DNA of 64,000 nucleotides from an uncultured Lentisphaeraceae bacterium (GTDB taxonomy: Bacteria > Verrucomicrobiota > Kiritimatiellia > RFP12 > DVOR01): assembly GCA_949282555.1 (NCBI GenBank), contig CASDPK010000005.1:1-64000 (forward strand), read 5' to 3'. Shown piece by piece: positions 19,807 through 28,850 of this stretch. The notes under the pieces were generated by a model. It made no database searches and was not told where the DNA came from. It saw only the letters and a program-made list of their open reading frames with translations. The position numbers and the translations under genes were made by a program. Within the stretch, counting starts at the first letter, position 1. The number at the start of each line of letters is the position of its first letter.

Positions 19807-20454
19807 TCAAAGCGCCCTGAGCAACAAATTCACCAACGGCACGAAAAAGTGACCATTCCAATTGAGCAGCCCCACCTGTACCGGCGACCGCCCAAAGTTG
19901 ATCAACCCAACCTGAAACCACCGAGGGCTCCCGGCATTGAGAACCCCGGCCTGAAAGCCCTGATAGGCCTCTGTGGGGGCGAAGTTGGCCACGCCCAATT
20001 GCACCAAATCGCCGGGGTTCGACTCAGCCCCGCGCCGAGCGAGATTGAGCACCCCGAGATGGGCGCCATCGAAGCGGTCGCCCGTCAGGTTCACGCCGCC
20101 CAGCAACACCCCCGCGCCACCGCCCGGCGTCAGATTCACGGCAGCGCCCTGCACGCCGACAAACCGCTCCGCCTGGGCGAAGATCGGGGACAGATGCAGT
20201 CCCCCACCCTGTTCCGAGACCATTCCCACCAAGGCCACCTGTCCGCCATAAAGCCGACCGCACCCACTGAACACCGCCAGCGAGGGCCCCGCCACCGTGG
20301 AAGCATCCTCCCAATAGAGCGCGAACCGCGAGCACGTCCATCCCGGAACCTCGCTTGCCGCGGCCGCATGGTTGCCGATTTGCGCGAGTCGGTTGTTGCA
20401 ACCCGCGAGCATCCCCGCGAGAAGCGCCAACGCCAAACCACCGCCACGCATCAT
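19807..20454 (-). CDS. Lipoprotein with degenerate G-[VL]-x-N short repeats
   Basis: MMRGGGLALALLAGMLAGC lipobox. Repeats include GVLNLA, GVANFA, GVLNAG, GLINFG and GLLNWN. It lies between the two SPFH genes. Confidence 0.55.
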   Translation of the reverse strand: MMRGGGLALALLAGMLAGCNNRLAQIGNHAAAASEVPGWTCSRFALYWEDASTVAGPSLAVFSGCGRLYGGQVALVGMVSEQGGGLHLSPIFAQAERFVGVQGAAVNLTPGGGAGVLLGGVNLTGDRFDGAHLGVLNLARRGAESNPGDLVQLGVANFAPTEAYQGFQAGVLNAGSPRWFQVGLINFGRSPVQVGLLNWNGHFFVPLVNLLLRAL

Positions 20455-20464
20455 CGCCCCTCCC

Positions 20465-21970
20465 TCACTTGGTCGGTTGCGCGGCCGGCGCGGCAGGTCC
20501 AAGCGGCAATCCGAAAGGACGATCGCCGCGGGGCGTCGTCAAGACCGATTCCACGCGCGGCGCGGCCTTTTCGTAGAGCTTCATCCGCACGTAATCCGCC
20601 TCATCCCGATAGACCCCGACTTCCTGTCGGAGCACATCGGCGAAAGCTTTGGTGCGCGCCTCCACCACCTTCCGTTCGGCCTCGGCGGCCGTGAGTTTGG
20701 CCTCTGCGGTCTTCACGGCCGCCTCATAGGCCACCTTGGCGACGTCGCGCCGGGTTTCGGCGGCAATGGTCTGCTCCGTCTTGCGCCGCTCTGCGGCGAT
20801 GCGCTGCTGGATCTGCTCCGTCTGCGCCATCACCAGCGCAGAGCTTTGCGTGGCCAACGCCTTTTGCCGTTCCAGCTCGGCTTGGGATTCCGCCTGCGCC
20901 ATCTGCTGGTCAATCTTGTGCGACTCCTGAACGGCAAGCTCCCGATCCCGCACAATCCCGGCAATGGCCTGCGGCGCGAAAATATCCCGAATCAACACGG
21001 AATTGAGCGAAATCCCCCACGGCTTGCAGACTTCGCGGAGATAGGCTTCCAGCCGATCCTGAAAGTCTTGGCGGCTTTCGCCGACGATGAACTCCGTGGC
21101 CACCTTCTTGCTGCCTTCAATTCTGGAAAAGCCGCGCGCACTCGGAAGAATCAACTTTTGGAGGATGTCGTCCATGTCGCCGACCTCCTGCGTCAGCAAC
21201 GCCACCTTGTCCTCATCAAGATTGAATTCGAGGGTGCCCTCCGCCGTGACGGAAAAACCGTCGAGCGTCAAAAACGTGATCGCGTCAGCCCCCGAAAGTT
21301 CAAACCGCTGGCTCTGCACGTTGACGATCGAAACGGCATAAAGGAAGGGATTGAGCCGGTGCGTTCCCTCCTTCAGCACGCTCCGGCGAACGCCCTTGGA
21401 GCCCTCCGCGGAGAGAAACCCTCGGGAACCCTCCTCCGTGGCAGGGGCGCCCCCTTGAAGTCCGTCCGCCCCCACCAGCGCCGTCACCACCCCCACATGA
21501 CCGGGACGAATGCGGATGTCATCATACAACCGCACCTCATAGGCATAGGGATTGATGCGGTGGCGGCCCGTGCCCAACACGTCGCGGACAATTCCCTTCG
21601 AGTCGGCATCGCGCGCGATAATCTCGCCCTCCGGCAATGGCTTGCCGTATTTCCGGATGAGCACGCCGAATTTCCCCGCCGGGATATCCGTCATGCGGAA
21701 AATCTCCCAATCCCAAACATACGGGTTGCGGAAATAACGGCCCTCCGGCAACACCTCCGCCTGAATCCCCTTGTATTCGGGCCCCGGCGCCAAAATGGCC
21801 TCCGCCGGGAGATCCTTTCCCGTCTTCCGGATCAACACCGCGAACGTGCCATTGCCCGGCTCGATGCGCCACCCAAACCACACCCATAGCGACCCGAGCA
21901 GGACAACCGCAAACACCGCGGCCACCGCCATTGCCTTAACGTTCAACGTCCACACGCGCTTCACTTCCAT
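20465..21970 (-). CDS. SPFH/band-7 protein A, paralog of B
   Basis: Same architecture as B: TM, three N-terminal repeats (FGVLIRKYGKPLPEGEIIA...; HVGVVTALVG...), an SPFH core and a C-terminal coiled coil. Confidence 0.7.
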   Translation of the reverse strand: MEVKRVWTLNVKAMAVAAVFAVVLLGSLWVWFGWRIEPGNGTFAVLIRKTGKDLPAEAILAPGPEYKGIQAEVLPEGRYFRNPYVWDWEIFRMTDIPAGKFGVLIRKYGKPLPEGEIIARDADSKGIVRDVLGTGRHRINPYAYEVRLYDDIRIRPGHVGVVTALVGADGLQGGAPATEEGSRGFLSAEGSKGVRRSVLKEGTHRLNPFLYAVSIVNVQSQRFELSGADAITFLTLDGFSVTAEGTLEFNLDEDKVALLTQEVGDMDDILQKLILPSARGFSRIEGSKKVATEFIVGESRQDFQDRLEAYLREVCKPWGISLNSVLIRDIFAPQAIAGIVRDRELAVQESHKIDQQMAQAESQAELERQKALATQSSALVMAQTEQIQQRIAAERRKTEQTIAAETRRDVAKVAYEAAVKTAEAKLTAAEAERKVVEARTKAFADVLRQEVGVYRDEADYVRMKLYEKAAPRVESVLTTPRGDRPFGLPLGPAAPAAQPTK

Positions 21971-22154
21971 GGCAAACCCTCATTTCCAGTCTGTCGTAAA
22001 CCATACCACATCCCCCACACCTTTTTCAACGTATGAAATTGCACACAAAAGAACGGGAAGGTGCCCCATTGAGCAGGTCAAAGGCCGGCAAGAAAAGGAA
22101 ACTCTCGCGTATCTATCCCAACCGGTTGATCCAATTGACTTGCAAATGGTATGC

Positions 22155-22922
22155 CTAATGGTATTTCCAATATTTTGACTCTTCGATTTTAATGAATGGC
22201 AGACATTCTTGGATTTGAGCGGCAAGTTTACGCGCTCTTGCTCTCGTCTTATAATAAGAAGAACCAACATACGCGCTTGGTAAGAGTTTATATTTCTTTC
22301 CATTCGATGCTATTCTCAGCGCGAATCCCCAACCTCCCCTTGAATACAGAGGCTCAACGAGTAGTCGCTCTTCGCCTGTAAACCGACACTTTCGTCGCCA
22401 AAGTCTGTTTCCACAGTGCATTGTTCGAGTGTCGATAAATACTTCTGCGGAATAAGGGAAAATACATTCCACCATCTCTTTTACGCACCAAAACATAAGA
22501 ATCGTACCTGCAAGAAAAAATAATTCCACAACGAAATATGCCAGCAATCTGGCATCGCAGGCCTGCCCGTCAAATATGCAAGCAACCAGCAATCGAACCC
22601 ATAAGTAGAAGCAGAGAAGCATAAACATCAAAGAAATGCCCGCCCAAACCACTAATTGTATAACCCATCCCAATGGCAAAAGACCTACGTTCACCCTTAA
22701 TACATGATCAACGTAACTCACAATAATTCTTGGCTCTTTGGTTGTATACAGTATCATTCTTGTTCTCCATGCCATTTCACGATAACATCCATAACGAAGG
22801 ATATGACCTGTGATGGTGTCATAAGTCTCCGACTGCTTACGTTCCCCATCCATGGAAGTGCCCATCGTTCGACCGAAGGCCTCCCAATGGCGGGTGAGAG
22901 TCTTGGCGTAAAGACCGCCCAC
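22155..22922 (-). CDS. Hypothetical membrane protein (low-GC island)
   Basis: 255 aa with 3-4 TM helices, in a low-GC region. No recognisable family. Confidence 0.4.
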   Translation of the reverse strand: MGGLYAKTLTRHWEAFGRTMGTSMDGERKQSETYDTITGHILRYGCYREMAWRTRMILYTTKEPRIIVSYVDHVLRVNVGLLPLGWVIQLVVWAGISLMFMLLCFYLWVRLLVACIFDGQACDARLLAYFVVELFFLAGTILMFWCVKEMVECIFPYSAEVFIDTRTMHCGNRLWRRKCRFTGEERLLVEPLYSRGGWGFALRIASNGKKYKLLPSAYVGSSYYKTRARARKLAAQIQECLPFIKIEESKYWKYH

Positions 22923-23120
22923 GTGCGGCGAAACTTGTTGAGCCTTGGCAATCCATCTTGGGAGATCTTTTCCTCTCCCTCCCGTTTTCTATTCTCCTCT
23001 TCCGGCGCATCATTGCCACACGTTCGAAATACCGCTTGGTAAAGATGGAGAAAACACATGACAATTAATGGAAAGCAGAAATCACATTGCAGCCCTGTTA
23101 CAGTCTACGTGTGCTCAACG

Positions 23121-23711
23121 CTAAAACCCCCTCTCTTGCCACAATTTCACCTCATAGGCATCTGGTACACGTTGGGCCTCCCAGATTTTAGCGTGTTTCC
23201 CATAGGGTATAATAACATCAAAAGGCCACACACAAGAATAATCTCGAAAGCCAAGTCTCGAGATTACGCCTTGCAAATGAATTGTTTCCTCCGAAAAATG
23301 AACAACCTTGCATCGCATTAAAAGTCCACAATAAAGTTCCTCTTTGCACCATTCTTGCCCCTTCAGATAATGGAAATAATCCGATGGCGTATCACGTTTT
23401 TCCACGATAAAAAACTCATTTTCTTTGCTGAAATCACAACGAGGGATTTCAACACCAGGCAAAGTGACACAATCGAGCGATGATTCATTGCCTTGCGCAT
23501 CCTTCCAAACATCCGTCCACCAAGCGCGTAATGTAATCCCTTCCGTAACGCCAGCGTTGTGGATTCGATTCACTTGAAGCGCAATGGACGAAACACGATG
23601 AAGCGATGCAAGCTCAATATGAGGTGTATCACCTTTTGTTGTGCAACCGGATAAAATAAAACACAAAAGGAATCCGACAATACAGAATACATTGGTCAAT
23701 CGTGTCGTCAT
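23121..23711 (-). CDS. Hypothetical lipoprotein (low-GC island)
   Basis: MTTRLTNVFCIVGFLLCFILSGC lipobox, 196 aa. Confidence 0.45.
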   Translation of the reverse strand: MTTRLTNVFCIVGFLLCFILSGCTTKGDTPHIELASLHRVSSIALQVNRIHNAGVTEGITLRAWWTDVWKDAQGNESSLDCVTLPGVEIPRCDFSKENEFFIVEKRDTPSDYFHYLKGQEWCKEELYCGLLMRCKVVHFSEETIHLQGVISRLGFRDYSCVWPFDVIIPYGKHAKIWEAQRVPDAYEVKLWQERGF

Positions 23712-24086
23712 TTTTCGCGATCCTTTCGGTGCAGAATGTCAATCGGGGGAATAGATGATGGACTGTTTGCAGGCGTTGTTCCTATTATTGCTCGGATAAA
23801 TTGTCAAAATGTGCCGATTTTTGAAGAATGGGTTCCCAAAACGTCACGCCAAGTGGATCGTCTTGGCATCGTTCAAGGATGGTCCGACGTGCTTTGGTCC
23901 TGATTCCTGAATCGGCCCATCGTGCGAGCATGTGTTATCCGGAGTTGAAATAAGCTCATTCAACTCGTCCTTGGAGAAATCCTCATATGGATCGGACAAT
24001 CGGCTGGGGCGCGTATACAATTTTTCAACGGCCACTTTCAATCGTTCCCATTCCATACTTCACTCCTCTTTCGGGTGTCCAACACG

Positions 24087-24494
24087 TCAAGGGTCAATCA
24101 CCTTTGTATTCGTAATCGGAGGGAGCATGATGCACTTTCCCGTTGGGTCAATCTCAAGGCGGCGACATGCGGGACGTTCCTTGGGAGGAATAACACTCCC
24201 ATTTGACATCAGTAACGCGAGATCTATGTCATGGTACATTGGGGGTGCATTGGGAGGCACTTCGGGAATCGCAAAATGAACTTCACAATATCCGGGATAT
24301 TTTGGGAAAAAATGAAAATAGTACCGCCCATAATCGGAGAGTCGTTTCCCCTCTTGCTCCAAAAGAAACTTATTTGCGTAATAGATAAGTTTCTCCTCAT
24401 GTGTCAGTGAAGGCCCAAGACAGCCGGAAAACACAAAGGTAAGGGCAAACATAAAGATTAAATAAGGTCGTATAGTCATCTCAATTTTCCTCAT
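24087..24494 (-). CDS. Small lipoprotein, paralog 1 of a tandem pair
   Basis: Signal/lipobox FVFSGC. LTHEEKLIYYANKF and the YPGYCEVHF block align with the downstream paralog. Confidence 0.45.
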   Translation of the reverse strand: MRKIEMTIRPYLIFMFALTFVFSGCLGPSLTHEEKLIYYANKFLLEQEGKRLSDYGRYYFHFFPKYPGYCEVHFAIPEVPPNAPPMYHDIDLALLMSNGSVIPPKERPACRRLEIDPTGKCIMLPPITNTKVIDP

Positions 24495-24996
24495 GAAGCG
24501 TGGTGCTTGTTTTTATGTGCTTTTGCCGGCTCGGGGAACGTTGGTCCGGCACATCATGAAGGGTGTCGTTCGCTTTTATGTGTTTCTGCCGAATGCTGAA
24601 AGGTTTTTCTTCTCTCATTTCCTCTTCACTTGGCCAATCCATCTTCCCATACGTTATGAAAGTATTAAGTGAGAATATTTCCCCTGACGGGCGATAGATA
24701 AATCGCTCAAATGTGGGCGCTGACAGATAACTTCGTTGCCCCCATCGATTATCATTTTTACCTTTCCTGAATCCCCACTCCACATAATATCCTGGAAGGT
24801 CGCCAAACGGCGGCGCGACAAAAAAATCCCCACATTCCGTCATCTTCACATTGTACTCTTCTTTGGCGTATTGATTCGCACGAAAGATGAGTTGTTCCTC
24901 CATCGTCATGTTAAGCCGATAACATCCCAAAGGCAACAAGGACGTTATGACTATCATCAAAGGAAGAAAAGAACATTTCATAAACGTGAAGGGCAA
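24481..24996 (-). CDS. Small lipoprotein, paralog 2, with a C-terminal tandem repeat
   Basis: Lipobox LLPLGC. MTMEEQLIFRANQY and the LPGYYVEWGF block match paralog 1. The C-terminal RQKHIK(A/T)..TLH repeat is encoded by an approximately 42-bp DNA tandem repeat at about 24486-24570. Confidence 0.45.
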   Translation of the reverse strand: MPFTFMKCSFLPLMIVITSLLPLGCYRLNMTMEEQLIFRANQYAKEEYNVKMTECGDFFVAPPFGDLPGYYVEWGFRKGKNDNRWGQRSYLSAPTFERFIYRPSGEIFSLNTFITYGKMDWPSEEEMREEKPFSIRQKHIKANDTLHDVPDQRSPSRQKHIKTSTTLHEEN

Positions 24997-25006
24997 CGTG
25001 AGAGTT

Positions 25007-25483
25007 TTAGTTGTGGAGTGTCAATAGATGTGCGAAGGGCATTTGAGAGAACTCGAAAAATACGCATGCATTAGATGACCTTTTTGGATGGGTGTGGATA
25101 GTGAATGATGGGCGGTAGCACCGTTCCCCATCTCGTTTACGCTCGTGGAGATAGAACGTGACATCCGTGGAGATGAGCTCATCGCAGGCATTGTAGCCAT
25201 TCTGTTCATCGTTGATAAAACGCAACAACAACCAAGGAAGGGTGTCCCCCTCTTCGATTTCCGCACATGTGCTCCCGCAAACACCATATGCGAATGCTAC
25301 CACATACTGGGACTCGTAGTAAAGAATACGCTCAGCAATGTCTCGCGAGCCTCTACCGAAAAGAAGAAACAACAACGTGACGTAGGGCACCACATTGTGC
25401 GATATAGTGCATCCGGGGGAGAGATGCGGAGCACCCCGAGGGGAGATATAGTGTGTCCCGTCAAATGCCGGATGGCGCCACAT
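25007..25483 (-). CDS. Hypothetical protein. The start is uncertain because the listed ORF extends antisense into the GH3 gene.
   Basis: Moderate-GC ORF. The internal Met at MWRHPAFDG was chosen to avoid overlap with the GH3 gene. No family recognised. Confidence 0.25.
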   Translation of the reverse strand: MWRHPAFDGTHYISPRGAPHLSPGCTISHNVVPYVTLLFLLFGRGSRDIAERILYYESQYVVAFAYGVCGSTCAEIEEGDTLPWLLLRFINDEQNGYNACDELISTDVTFYLHERKRDGERCYRPSFTIHTHPKRSSNACVFFEFSQMPFAHLLTLHN

Positions 25484-25610
25484 CCTTGGCCCGTCTTGAA
25501 ACGATATGCCTACAGCAGAAGGCAGGCGAGCCGATGGCACACCTAGGCCGTGTTCCGAAGTGTTGCAATGTGTTACCTTTCCTTTAGGGTAAGTAACCGA
25601 AAGGAATCTT

Positions 25611-27917
25611 ATGAAGCGGCAGATACTCGGACTGGCCTTGACGGTGGCAGCGTTCTCCCCCACAGCCGTGGGCGCCCAGGGCATCGCGACCATCACTCCG
25701 ACGGAGGGCACACAGGGAATGCCCACAGGCTCGGTGGAGCGTGTGGCATTGGTGCGGCAGACAGATTCCCCGCCGGCAGATGCGCTTTATCGTGACCCGA
25801 AGCAACCCATCGAGGCCCGGGTGGAGGATTTGATGAAACGCCTCACGCCCGAGGAAAAAGCGCGGATGGTGCACGCCAGCAGCGGCTCCAGTTCGGGGAA
25901 CCTGCCGCGCGTCGGCCTTGCGAACGTCCGCACACTCGATGGCCCCAACGGCACACGGGCCGATCGCCCCGTCACCTATTTCCCTTCGGCCATTGCCTAT
26001 GCCGCAACGTGGGACATGGACTTGGTGGAGGAGATTGCGCGCACGCTGGGCAAAGAAACGCGCGCGGTTTACAAAACCGAAGAGAGCGGCGCGCGAATGC
26101 TGTTGGGCCCGGGCGCAAACATTGCCCGCACGCCGTTGGGTGCGCGCAACTTTGAATATTTCGGCGAAGACCCCCTCCTCTCGGGCAAAACGGCGGCGGC
26201 TTACTGCCGGGGCTTGCAATCGGTCAAAGTGTCGCCGTGCATGAAGCACTGGGTGCTGAACGATCAGGAGTGGTGCCGCACGGTGCTCGATGTCGATGTC
26301 CCCGACCGCGCCCTCCACGAGATTTACGCAAAACCCTTCGAGATCGCCGTGCGCGAAGCGGGCGTTTGGGCCGTGATGGGCAGCTACAACGCCGTGCGCG
26401 GGCACTATTCCTCGCATTCCTCGGAAATCAATGATCTGTTGCGCTCCTATGGATTCGATGGGGCGATTTATTCCGACTGGGGCGGCTGGCATGGCGACGT
26501 TCCCGCGCTCAATGGCGGCGCCACCTTGGAATCGGGCACTTGGCAGAATGCCGAGCGCGACCGCCGCAACGCGGAACAGGTGGCCAAAGGCATCATCCGG
26601 GCTGACCGTTTTGAGGATGCCGTGCGCCGCAATCTGCGCAACCTGTTCCGAATGGGCGCCTTTGACACGCAGACCGCCGAAGACAAGGCCGAACAGGCCG
26701 CCTACGAACGTGACTTCCGCTCCGAAGCCCATCGCCGCATCGCCCGGAAGGCCGCCGTCTCCTCCGCCGTTCTGCTCAAAAACAAGGATGGCTTCCTCCC
26801 GCTCAACCGCGAGAAGATCCGCACGGTGGCGCTCATCGGCCCCAATGCCGACCAGACCCACTCGATGATTGGCGGTGTGCACCTCAAGGATCGCGGCGGC
26901 AGCGGTGCGGTGCTCGCCGCACGGGAAGTGACGCCCCTCATGGCCTTTGTCGAAGCCTTCGGGAAGGAGAACGTTCTTTTCGCCCCCGGCTTCCGCTTCG
27001 AGAACACCGACCGCAAGGACGCCGTCTCCGTTCCGGGAATGCCCGCCATGGACCCCGTGGAGGCCGCCCGCCGCGCCGATGTCGTGATCTTCTGCGGCGG
27101 CTTGGACCATTCGCTCGACCGCGAGGTGCTTGGCTGGGGCCACATCAACCCCTCCGACCGCCCGAACCTTGAGCTCAAAGGCCCGCAGGCCGAGCTCATC
27201 AAGCGTGTCGCCGCCGTCAATCCGCGCACCGTCGTGGCGCTCACCATCGGCGCCCCCGTCTCCGTGGAGGCGTGGGAGGCCGCGGTGCCCGCCGTGCTCG
27301 TGACCTGGTATTCCGGCGAAGAGGGCGGAAACGCCCTTGTCGATCTCCTGTTCGGCAAAGAGAATCCCTCCGGGAAGCTCCCGTACACCTTCGGCAAGCA
27401 ATTGGAAGATTGGCCCTGCCACCGCATGGGGCCGGCCGTCTATCCCGGCGTCTTCACGCCCGAAGGCCCCTTCACCGCGCGGGAATATTACGCCGATGGC
27501 ATTTGGGTGGGCTATCGTGGGTTTGACCAATTCAAGCGCGAGCCACGGTATCCCTTCGGCTTCGGCCTCTCCTACACCACCTTTGCCATCTCCGAGGCCC
27601 CCTCCGACCCGCAACAGGGCATTTTCCGCGTGAAGGTGCGCAACACCGGCGCCCGCGCCGGGCGCGAAGTCGTGCAATGCTACGTTTCCAAGCCCAAGAC
27701 GGACGGCGAAGGGATGCCCGTCAAGGAACTCGTGGCCTTCGCCTCCGTGACGTTGGCGCCCGGGGAGGAACGGGTGGTTGAACTCGTCCCGAGCCCCGAC
27801 GCTTACCGCTACTGGAGCGAAAAGGCGAATGGTTGGCGGCCTGTCCGCGGCGAGTGCGTCTTCCGGATCGGCAATTCCTCGGCGAATCTGCCCGTCCGCC
27901 ACACGGTTCGCAAATGA
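25611..27917 (+). CDS. Glycoside hydrolase family 3 beta-glycosidase (BglX-like), secreted
   Basis: Signal peptide. Motifs KHWVLNDQE and GFDGAIYSDWGG (the GH3 catalytic Asp region), plus a C-terminal fibronectin-like domain. 768 aa. Confidence 0.85.
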   Translation: MKRQILGLALTVAAFSPTAVGAQGIATITPTEGTQGMPTGSVERVALVRQTDSPPADALYRDPKQPIEARVEDLMKRLTPEEKARMVHASSGSSSGNLPRVGLANVRTLDGPNGTRADRPVTYFPSAIAYAATWDMDLVEEIARTLGKETRAVYKTEESGARMLLGPGANIARTPLGARNFEYFGEDPLLSGKTAAAYCRGLQSVKVSPCMKHWVLNDQEWCRTVLDVDVPDRALHEIYAKPFEIAVREAGVWAVMGSYNAVRGHYSSHSSEINDLLRSYGFDGAIYSDWGGWHGDVPALNGGATLESGTWQNAERDRRNAEQVAKGIIRADRFEDAVRRNLRNLFRMGAFDTQTAEDKAEQAAYERDFRSEAHRRIARKAAVSSAVLLKNKDGFLPLNREKIRTVALIGPNADQTHSMIGGVHLKDRGGSGAVLAAREVTPLMAFVEAFGKENVLFAPGFRFENTDRKDAVSVPGMPAMDPVEAARRADVVIFCGGLDHSLDREVLGWGHINPSDRPNLELKGPQAELIKRVAAVNPRTVVALTIGAPVSVEAWEAAVPAVLVTWYSGEEGGNALVDLLFGKENPSGKLPYTFGKQLEDWPCHRMGPAVYPGVFTPEGPFTAREYYADGIWVGYRGFDQFKREPRYPFGFGLSYTTFAISEAPSDPQQGIFRVKVRNTGARAGREVVQCYVSKPKTDGEGMPVKELVAFASVTLAPGEERVVELVPSPDAYRYWSEKANGWRPVRGECVFRIGNSSANLPVRHTVRK

Positions 27918-28063
27918 AGGTCGCGTCAACAATCGTCGAAGCATAGTGCTTCCCGTTATGTCGTAAACGAAAGACAACTTCATCTGTGACATTGAGGTCC
28001 TCCGGCGGGGAGTCGGAGGACTTGTGTTATACTGACGCGGTTCAAGGAAAGAGAGTGCATGCG

Positions 28064-28843
28064 ATGAAGGTTCTGATGGTCGGCGATATCGTGGGGTCCC
28101 CTGGGCGGCTTTGCTTCGGAAAAGTGGTGCGGCGACTTTTGGAATCCGGTGAAATCCAAGCCGTGATTGCCAATGCGGAGAATGCGGCCGCCGGCAGTGG
28201 GATCACGGCGGCGTTGGCGGAGGAACTTTTCGCCGCCGGTGCCACCCTCATCACCTTGGGGGATCATACATGGGGGCAACGGGGATTCGATGCGGCCATT
28301 GGCGCGGAACGAAGGATCGTGCGCCCGGCAAATTATCCCGAAGGGACCCCAGGCGCCATTGCGGCGGTGGCCGAAACACCGCAGGGCCCCATCGGCGTGG
28401 TCTCGGTGCTCGGGCAGGTGTTCATGGGGCCGGCGGACAATCCGTTCCATGCGGTTCGCCGCGCGATCGCACAGATCCCGGCAAACGTTCCCGTCTTTGT
28501 GGACGTTCATGCGGAGGCCACCTCCGAAAAAATCGCGATGGGGCACTGGCTGGATGGCCGCGTCGCGGCGGTCTGCGGCACCCACACGCATGTGCAAACA
28601 AGTGATGCGACGTTGCTCCCCAAAGGGACCGCCTACATCACCGATTTGGGGATGACAGGGCCTTCACACTCCGTCATTGGGCGGCAGATTGAGCCTGTGC
28701 TCAAAAAGTTCACCACCGGAATACCGGCCCGCTTTGAGGTGGCCTCCGGCCCCGTCAAGCTGGAAGGCGCCATCATCGACCTCCCGCGTGGCACACGGCT
28801 CCCCTCCTCCATCCGTGCCGTGCGGTACGTCCCGGAGGATTGA
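28064..28843 (+). CDS. ymdB: YmdB-family metallophosphoesterase (2',3'-cyclic-nucleotide phosphodiesterase-like)
   Basis: MKVLMVGDIVGSPGR..., GDHTWGQ and CGTHTHVQTSD motifs of the TIGR00282 family. Confidence 0.75.
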   Translation: MKVLMVGDIVGSPGRLCFGKVVRRLLESGEIQAVIANAENAAAGSGITAALAEELFAAGATLITLGDHTWGQRGFDAAIGAERRIVRPANYPEGTPGAIAAVAETPQGPIGVVSVLGQVFMGPADNPFHAVRRAIAQIPANVPVFVDVHAEATSEKIAMGHWLDGRVAAVCGTHTHVQTSDATLLPKGTAYITDLGMTGPSHSVIGRQIEPVLKKFTTGIPARFEVASGPVKLEGAIIDLPRGTRLPSSIRAVRYVPED

Positions 28844-28850
28844 CGCGCCC

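Noticed and set aside
17979-19820. 613-aa plus-strand ORF
   Set aside because: Antisense to SPFH-B.
20372-21889. 505-aa plus-strand ORF
   Set aside because: Antisense to SPFH-A.
25584-27992. 802-aa ORF on the minus strand
   Set aside because: It is exactly antisense to the well-supported GH3 gene. High-GC DNA produces long spurious antisense ORFs, and this one has no recognisable motifs.
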